NCBI GenBank assembly: GCA_951406725.2
Contig: OX597816.1
Span: forward strand, 83,266,001 to 83,330,000
Length of the DNA stretch: 64,000 nt
Direction: 5' to 3'
DNA from: Octopus vulgaris
Taxonomy: Eukaryota
Shown here: piece by piece, positions 56,063 through 64,000 of the stretch
Numbering within the stretch: position 1 is the stretch's first letter
Layout of the letters: every line of letters starts with the position of its first letter
Translations under genes and position numbers: made by a program
The notes under the pieces: generated by a model
Seen by the model: only the letters and a program-made list of their open reading frames with translations
The model's database searches: none
What the model was told of the DNA's origin: nothing

Positions 56063-56131
<69 letters not shown>

Positions 56132-56275
56132 TACGCTGTAATGTTCCCTGTATCTTGTGGCAGATGAAGTAAAGACTGTATTAGTATTTTGTATACGCTA
56201 GTGCAATTAAATATTTTGTTATTGTATTGCCCTTGTGGCAAATAAGGAAATCATCGTCATCTTTATTATCATCCC

Positions 56276-56334
<59 letters not shown>

Positions 56335-58029
56335 CCATCATCATTATTTTAGAGTTTTAAATTAACTTTCGTTGTTGTTGTTTACAATTTGCAATTGCAG
56401 GTCATCTAAAACTCAATAAGGCAGGTGTTATTTTAAACAATCTGAACCGTTGCCAGGGGTTTTTGGTGCGGAGCTTCTTTCGATTTATTTTATTATTTAT
56501 TTGTTTTATTTCTTGTTTATTATTATTATTATTTTTTTTTTTTTGTCTTTCTATTTTTCTTTTTTTCCTGTTTTCTTTTTCTGAAGCAATTTTCAAAATT
56601 AGCAAAGATATGATCTTTAAAACTAGAATGACAGCTGAGTCGTCGTCATTTGTTCTGTCATTCCATCATTTCATCATGATCTCTTGCCGGGACTTCACAT
56701 TTTCGTTAAAGGGAAGTTAGCAAAAAGGGCTTCTGAACGAAGATGCGGTTGGGGTGGAACCTGAAAGGTGTTGGGTTTAGGTCTTCAAAGATTATAATTG
56801 AATATTTTAAGCAGTGAATGAATAAATAAATGGAGGAAGGAATAAATGGATGAATATTAGTACCAGAATCGGCAACCCCTGATATTTTTGTTGTTTTAAT
56901 TTTATTTTTAAACGTTTATTTAATTTTTCTTTTGAGTTTTTTTTTTTATCTCCGCCTACAAATCTTTTTTTATGTTTTGAAAAATGTTATATATGTGTAT
57001 GCGTATACATGCACACATAAACACACACACACACACACACACAATTACACGCATACACACATACAATTACACACACAAATGCTTATACGCGCATCCACAC
57101 ATATTTACAGATACACAAATATACACGCACACTTACATACACACGTTTACATGCACAGATACACACGCACACACGCAATAGTTTATACACTGATACACAC
57201 AAACATTTATGCACACAGACACACACATATACAATCACACCTAAAAAGTTACGCACACACTGACACACACACGCGTGCACACACACATGCACACACACAA
57301 ACACGCTCGTTTAGTACATGCTTCATTTAAAAAATTGTATTTTGCATATTTACGTTTTCTTCTCTTTTAAGTGTATGTACACGTGTGTGTGTTTATATGT
57401 TTATGTGTGTGTGTATGTGCTTATGTGATTAAATATATGTATTTTTGGCTTTTTATTTTTTATTTTCGAAGACAGTTGCTAATCATTTTTTTATTATCTT
57501 TATGCAAACTTTCTTTGTAAAAGATTGTTCATAGTCTCAATTGTTCAAGGTTTAAAAAAAAAAAAACGATGTCTGACAATTTCGCTATTATGAAAACACT
57601 CAAATTGTTGGATCAAGTAATTTCTTCACCATGCACGCATACGTGTGATGTTTTGTTTTAGAGGATTCATTTATTCTTTTATTATTGACTCATTCGTTTG
57701 AATGCTTATGGAGCAAATTAAATCCTAAAGATTCCGATGCAAGCGATAATTATACGCCAATACAGAGAACGGAATCACATTGAAATCACTACGCAGTAAT
57801 TTACAGTTAGTTTAGTGTTCAGTAGCCTAACCTAAACACTGCTACTATCACCAAATCACCACTATCAACCCAACTAACTACCATAATCCTACATTCTCTT
57901 AACTTTTGAAAAGAAAATTTTTACGTATTCTGCAGCATATAGGTAGGTCTGCCCACGTCCGCTGTTTTGCTATTTTCTCTTGTTGTTCTTATCGTAACAA
58001 CAACAACGACGACGACGATGATTATAATA

Positions 58030-58969
58030 ATAGTTTCAAATTTTGGCACAAGGCCAGTAATATCGGGAAGGGATTAAGTCGATTGTATCGACACCTATGC
58101 TCAACTGATATTTATTTCATGGACCCTGAAAAGATGAAAGGCAAAGTCGACCTCGGTGGAATAACTACAGCAGTAATAATAATGATTTCTGTTATTAGCC
58201 ACGGGGGCATAGATGAGGGGGAATATCACAAGGACAGAAAAGTCATTTGTGTGGGGATTTACATATAGGATCGGATAAAGAAATGGAAAAAAGACAGTGA
58301 AATACGATAAACGTCTACATAGCATACAAAATATGTGATGACATCAATGATGCAATCCTCGTGATAAAGCAAAGTTCCAAGACGGAACAGTCAAGGAACC
58401 CCACAAATCCAGGATTACCTTTTCCACCAAAGGTACAAGCCCTCTCTCTAGCTCTTCAATCTACAGGTGCATACTTAGAATAGGGTCATTCACATTTTTG
58501 CCACAGTCACCCATCTTTTCATAAATTCACTGGAAGGTAGCACTTCCCTTTTCATCTTCACTTTCCCTTTCCAAGTTGAACTATAAAAAGTTGACGAGGG
58601 CTTGACCGAAGAGGTAGGTGTCTTTCTTCAATCCTTTTAGCCTCGTCCATCACACAACCTCAGTCCTTTCTATTATAAGCACAAAGCCTAAAATTTTGAG
58701 GAAGAGGCTAGTCGATTACATTGACCGCAGTACTCGACTGGTACATATTTATTCGTCTCCGAAGGGATGAAAGGCAAGTGCTGTAATGATGCCTTCGTAA
58801 TGTTGAAATAAATGCCCGATGATATTTATTACATACTAGAGAAGAGGTTGATTGTCTCTTGTTCAACGTCAGAGAACTTTTTGGAGCTAATAGGACACTG
58901 TGGTGGGTCGGTTTTCCACGATAGACTCACAACACTGTGCAACCGATTCTGAGAGATAGATAGATGGAA

Positions 58970-59068
<99 letters not shown>

Positions 59069-59500
59069 AAGAGAGAGAGAGGAAAGTTGGTTAGGAAGGA
59101 AGGATAAGAGGAGAGTCAGCTCGATTTACTTACTGGTATTTTATTTATCCAACCCAGAAGGATGAATGGCAAAGTTCATCTCGGTGGGATTTGAACTCGG
59201 AATGCAAAGAGCCGGAACAATTACTGCATAACATTTTCCCGACGCGCTAATGATTCCACCAATCAAGCATCTTCTCTTATCATCATCATCATCATCATCC
59301 TCATCATCATCATCGATGTTTCTAATTTTGGTTTCAAATTTTGGCACCAGGCCAGCAATTTGAGGAAGGGGTAAGTTGACCAAATTAGATATTTATCTTA
59401 TCGACCCCGAAAGGATGAATTCAAAAAGTAAAGATGGACGAAATGCCGCTGAGCATTTATTTTGTTCCCCGTACTAACGATTCTGCCAGCTCGCCGCCTT
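58030..59500 (-). mobile_element. cluster of minus-strand SINE-B fragments (58030-58165, 58665-58780, 59120-59262, 59330-59500)
   Basis: GATGAAAGGCAAAGTCGACCTCGG and TTTCAAATTTTGGCAC motifs. Confidence 0.8.
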
Positions 59501-61046
59501 ATCAATGTTTCTAATATTATCATCACCCACTACTTCTCAAATAAACACCAGAATACCACTACCACCACCATCACCACCAACACCAACACCAACACCACCA
59601 CCACCGCCACCACCATCAACAACAGCACCATGTTTGCCACTACTAAACCAGGACCACCACCAATCTACGATCACCATCACCAAAACCATCACCATCACCA
59701 AGATCATCACCATCACCAAAACCATTACCATCACCAAAACATCACCATCATTATAACCACCATCACCACCATCATTACCACCATTCCCGCCAACTCCACA
59801 ATCTCCATTACCACCGCCATCGTCAGCAACTCCACCACAACTTACGAAATTTCTACGAAAACACCGTTATAAACTCCGTGGCAACCTTCATCCGATTATT
59901 AACGTATTTCTCCTCTTACTACGTCTTCGCTACTTTGCCGAAATCGTTACAGTAACTCAGCCTCCATCAACACCATTTCATCAGCTCTGTAAACGATAAT
60001 GCTGCTGATGGAAGTTTAGAGATAACGACATACACACAAACCCTCCATCATCAGCATTCATATCACTAACTTAAGCATCATTAATCACAATTCTCTGAGA
60101 TATCATCATCGTCATCGTCGTCTTCGTTGTTGTCGCGGCCAACATTTTCATCACCCTCATCATTGTCGCCGTCGCCGTCGTCGACGTCATCATCATCATC
60201 ATCACCATCATCATCATCACCAGCACCACCACCACCACCAGCACCAGCACCACCAGCACCACCAGCACCACCAGCACCAGCACCAGCACCATCATCATCA
60301 TCATCATCGTGATTTTGTAGTCTTCCAAGAAATTAACGCTATCAGAAACCCGCAAATGTTGTACCTGCTGCTGCTACAGCCACCGTTGTTGTTGATCTTG
60401 CTGTTGTTTGGCCTCAGCTTAGTTTTGAACAGATTCATGATCAAAAGCATGCCAGTCAAGATTACGACAGCTTTCTTCCTGGCACAGTACGCATATACCC
60501 ACATTGTCCAACAGATCCTTCTTTTCTAAGTCGAAAATTTGAGGGACAAGCAGCCACTGTTTCTAGCAAATCTGGAGACCGTGTAGTCGCTCCCTCCTTA
60601 GTCCACAATTTATTTTTTTATTTATTTTATTTTGCTGGGAGGGCTGAAGTCGATTTAACTGATCGAAGTACTTGACGAGTAGTCGTCGATGCCAACATTT
60701 TCGTCGTCGCACCAACAAAATAAACCTTCCTACTATAGGCACGAATTATGGGGGAGCGGGCTATCACGTTATATCGATCCTGAAAGGACAAAAAGCAAAG
60801 GTGACTTTAGCGAAATTTGAACTCAATATTTAAAGACGGTCAAGAAACGACGAAATAATGAAAGACAATTGGGATATATGCAAAGTTTCAAATCAGTATG
60901 TAGAACGCGAGTAAATACACTGTAAAACATTTTGTCCATCGTATTAACATACTTCAGGAAATGCACTATTCTTCGAGAAATAATAAAGTTCTTTGGGAAT
61001 TTCACCAATCTTTCGGAAACATATGTATGCATGTATGTATGTATGC

Positions 61047-61155
<109 letters not shown>

Positions 61156-61312
61156 TGTATATATATGCACAGGTATATATATATATATATATATGTAAGT
61201 ACAAATAAAGATTACAAGCCTCATTGAGGGATAGCAAAATCCTTTGAAAGTACTGGTTAGTTGAACATTACAGTTAATACTCAACTGCAAGGTAACTATA
61301 TAACCCGTCGTT

Positions 61313-61359
<47 letters not shown>

Positions 61360-61365
<6 letters not shown>

Positions 61366-61395
61366 GATAAGAAAATAGAGAAATAATTAATATAT

Positions 61396-61426
<31 letters not shown>

Positions 61427-61603
61427 TTAAAAAACACCTATTTTGTATATCTTAAACTACCTCTGACGAGATTCAACTTTCAAATAATCTTTAATTTCAT
61501 TAATTAATTTTCTGAAGGTCTTGAATTGAAACAACTGTAAGGGATGTTTGTCAATTTTTTAATTAATATATAATGATTTATTAATTATCTCTCTATTTTC
61601 TTT
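61360..61603. mobile_element. AT-rich cassette in (TA)n with 24-bp terminal inverted repeats and an internal hammerhead
   Basis: AAGAAAATAGAGAAATAATTAATA (61369-61392) pairs with TATTAATTATCTCTCTATTTTCTT (61579-61602). Confidence 0.8.
61454..61549 (+). ncRNA. type-I hammerhead ribozyme, core motifs intact
   Basis: CCT-CTGACGA(61463)-GATTCAA-CTTTCA...TGAAGG-TC-TTGAATT-GAAAC(61528)-AACT-GTA-AGG. Stem I CCT/AGG extends to AAAC/GTTT. Stem III is one change from the palindrome ACAGCTGT. Confidence 0.78.
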
Positions 61604-62622
61604 ATATATATATATATTACAAAGAGGGTAGATATATATATATAGAAGTTAATTTCATCATTAAGAACATGATGGTAGTATGTTCGTTCTCCGTCTGTAG
61701 ATTTTACCATTCAATGTATAAGAATATGCATTGTCAGCTTAATTGAAAAATTCTATATGTGGCTGAAGATTGCTCGACATTTTAAAACTGATATTTGATA
61801 GTTCATTATCACCCTTTATGTTTGGCGAGCGGTGAGGTCCCTTTTCCCAATATGTCGTATGAAGATAAATTACTAAAGATTCTCTCTTGATACTAAGAAT
61901 ATATCATAGGCGAATCAACCTGCCGTAGCTTGCGCTTCTGCAAGAAACAAACCAAGAAAAGTTCAACGTCGGCCCAAATGCGGCTGGAACTTAAACTCCG
62001 CTATCTGTACTTAAATTCTTCTATGAGAGCCACTTTTAGACTGGCTCCTTCCATCAGCATAAACATAACTAAATAGACTATATGCTCGGTCCACACACGT
62101 GAAGCAACACAAGGTTTGGTGAGTCATTAATTAAATTCAAGTAATAGAAAAGATAAAGAAAAACGAAAGAATATAAAAATAAAATGAACTATATCACCAC
62201 CAACAGCAACGTCAACAGCAAAAAGCAACAAGGCCGAACAATTTAGCAGTAGACAGGAAATACACATAAATATACCATGTTCAGCACGAACACACATACA
62301 TACATACATACATACATACATACATACATACATACATACATACATACATACATACGTATAGTGACACAAAATGTTTGTTTGATGAGTTCAACCATGGTAT
62401 TATTATTATTATTATTTTTCTCTTCCTGCTAGAGTCCAGTCAATGTTTAAGCGAGTTTGATGGCCGCCGAGGGTGTGTAGATGAGAAATTAATTGATGTC
62501 AGATAGCCAAGTTGAAGAATAAACATTTTTCTAAGACATAGAAATCCGTATCCATTTCTATAGCTAATACCCATCCACCATTCCACAAAATCTCTATCTC
62601 CATCTCTCTCTAGCTCTCACCT

Positions 62623-62692
<70 letters not shown>

Positions 62693-63350
62693 AGTCATTT
62701 CCTCTTTATATTTTTACATTCTTGCTATTTTCTTCGTTTGTTTTCTTTGTTTGTTTCTAACTTCCTTTCTCTTATTGACCGTTCTTTCTCTCTCATTCTC
62801 TCTCTCTCTCTCATTCTCTCACTCTCTCCCTAACTCTCTCCCCCTCCCTCTCTCTCCCTCTCTCTCTGATACTTCCTTTTCTTTCTTGTTATTAACATTT
62901 TTATTATAAACAGTGCAACATATAAAGTTTCTTGTTTCCAAACCACTGTCATATTTTTTTTCTTTTTTTCACTATTCTTTTGTTTTTGTTTTTACATTTG
63001 CAGAACAATTTATACTTATTTGTTTTGGCAAAAGGTAAGAAAAGGAGGAGAGAAGTTAAATAAAAGGATACGAAAAGAAGGAGTAAGAGGAAATGAATAA
63101 AAAGAAAGAAGTGGATGAAAATAAAGGGTTAATTTCATCGGACAGAAGGGGACAGAAGGTCAACATTAAGTAAAAAGAAAAAAAGGAAGAAAGAAAGGAA
63201 GTAATAAATAAGGAGAGAATAAGAAAAAAGAAAAATAGGGAAAAACTTAATATAAAAAAGCGTTGAAAATCAAAATAATAAAATGCAGAGAATTTAAAAT
63301 GGTAAACAGTGTTCAGATCTAGCCAACACTAACAAGAAAAGTATCTAGAT

Positions 63351-63645
63351 CAGTGGTTTCCAGCCGGGGCCCTATAAGATTTTGGTGGGGTCTACGCAAT
63401 CAGCATATGAAATTGTAGGCCCACAGTAGTATATCAAGGGTCCATGAAAAGATTTCCTTTCCATGCTTTCATTATAAGAAATATATTTCTTTCTCTAATG
63501 TTCTACATAGTTCAACCTACACAAGTTAATGTGCAAGAAACAAAATCTATAAAACTAGTTTCTAAATAACGAATGGCTATGGGGGTCCACTAGAATAAAG
63601 TAGTAATCAAAGGGGTCCATAGGTAAAAATGGCTGAGAACTACTG
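63351..63645 (+). mobile_element. hAT (Charlie-like) MITE
   Basis: CAGTGGTTTCCAGCC...GGCTGAGAACTACTG, preceded by ATCTAGAT (Charlie NTCTAGAN target consensus). Its 3' half matches the 36003 copy. Confidence 0.78.
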
Positions 63646-64000
63646 TCGGAGCGAGGACCAACTAGCCATCCTTAAAGATGACTGATGACATGCATGGTGA
63701 TTTTGTTTAAAGTGAAGAAGAGTTGCGCACAGTGAAATGCATTCCTTCGTCCGTTAACATCTTCAATTCAATGGCAAGACCAGATCCAAGGGGATAGCTA
63801 ACATGTCGTATTTGGTTCACCAACATGTCTTATTTGGTTCATATTGTTCTCTGCATTCCACAATGTATTACTGCAGCGAGCTTCCTCTTCGTTAACCATG
63901 ATGGTATTTTCCGCACTCTGCCGGACCCAGTCTTTACAAGCATAGGTAGGCATGCCCCTAATATGCTAATTTAAACTCATAACTGGGACAGGTGTTACAA

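Overview
AT-rich, microsatellite-saturated animal DNA. The SINE and LINE repertoire and repeat style point to an octopus/coleoid cephalopod genome (inference). I found no credible host protein-coding exon. Nearly all ORFs in the track come from (TA)n, (CA)n, (TATG)n, (TCTA)n or triplet repeats, and the rest are decayed transposon proteins. These include Tx1/L1, two RTE-type, R4/Dong-type and CR1/L2-type LINEs, plus Tc1 and mariner transposases. Several tRNA-derived SINE families, hAT-type MITEs and one Helitron/HINE-like element are also present. The most notable signal is non-coding. At least nine loci carry minimal type-I hammerhead ribozyme motifs (CTGANGA-stem II-GAAAC-short, often palindromic stem III-GTH), intact or decayed. 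They belong to several unrelated sequence families and mostly sit in fold-back (inverted-repeat) cassettes in or next to (TA)n arrays. Three of these palindromes carry a hammerhead on each strand. This fits non-autonomous Penelope-like/retrozyme elements. Catalytic activity is untested and boundaries are by eye.
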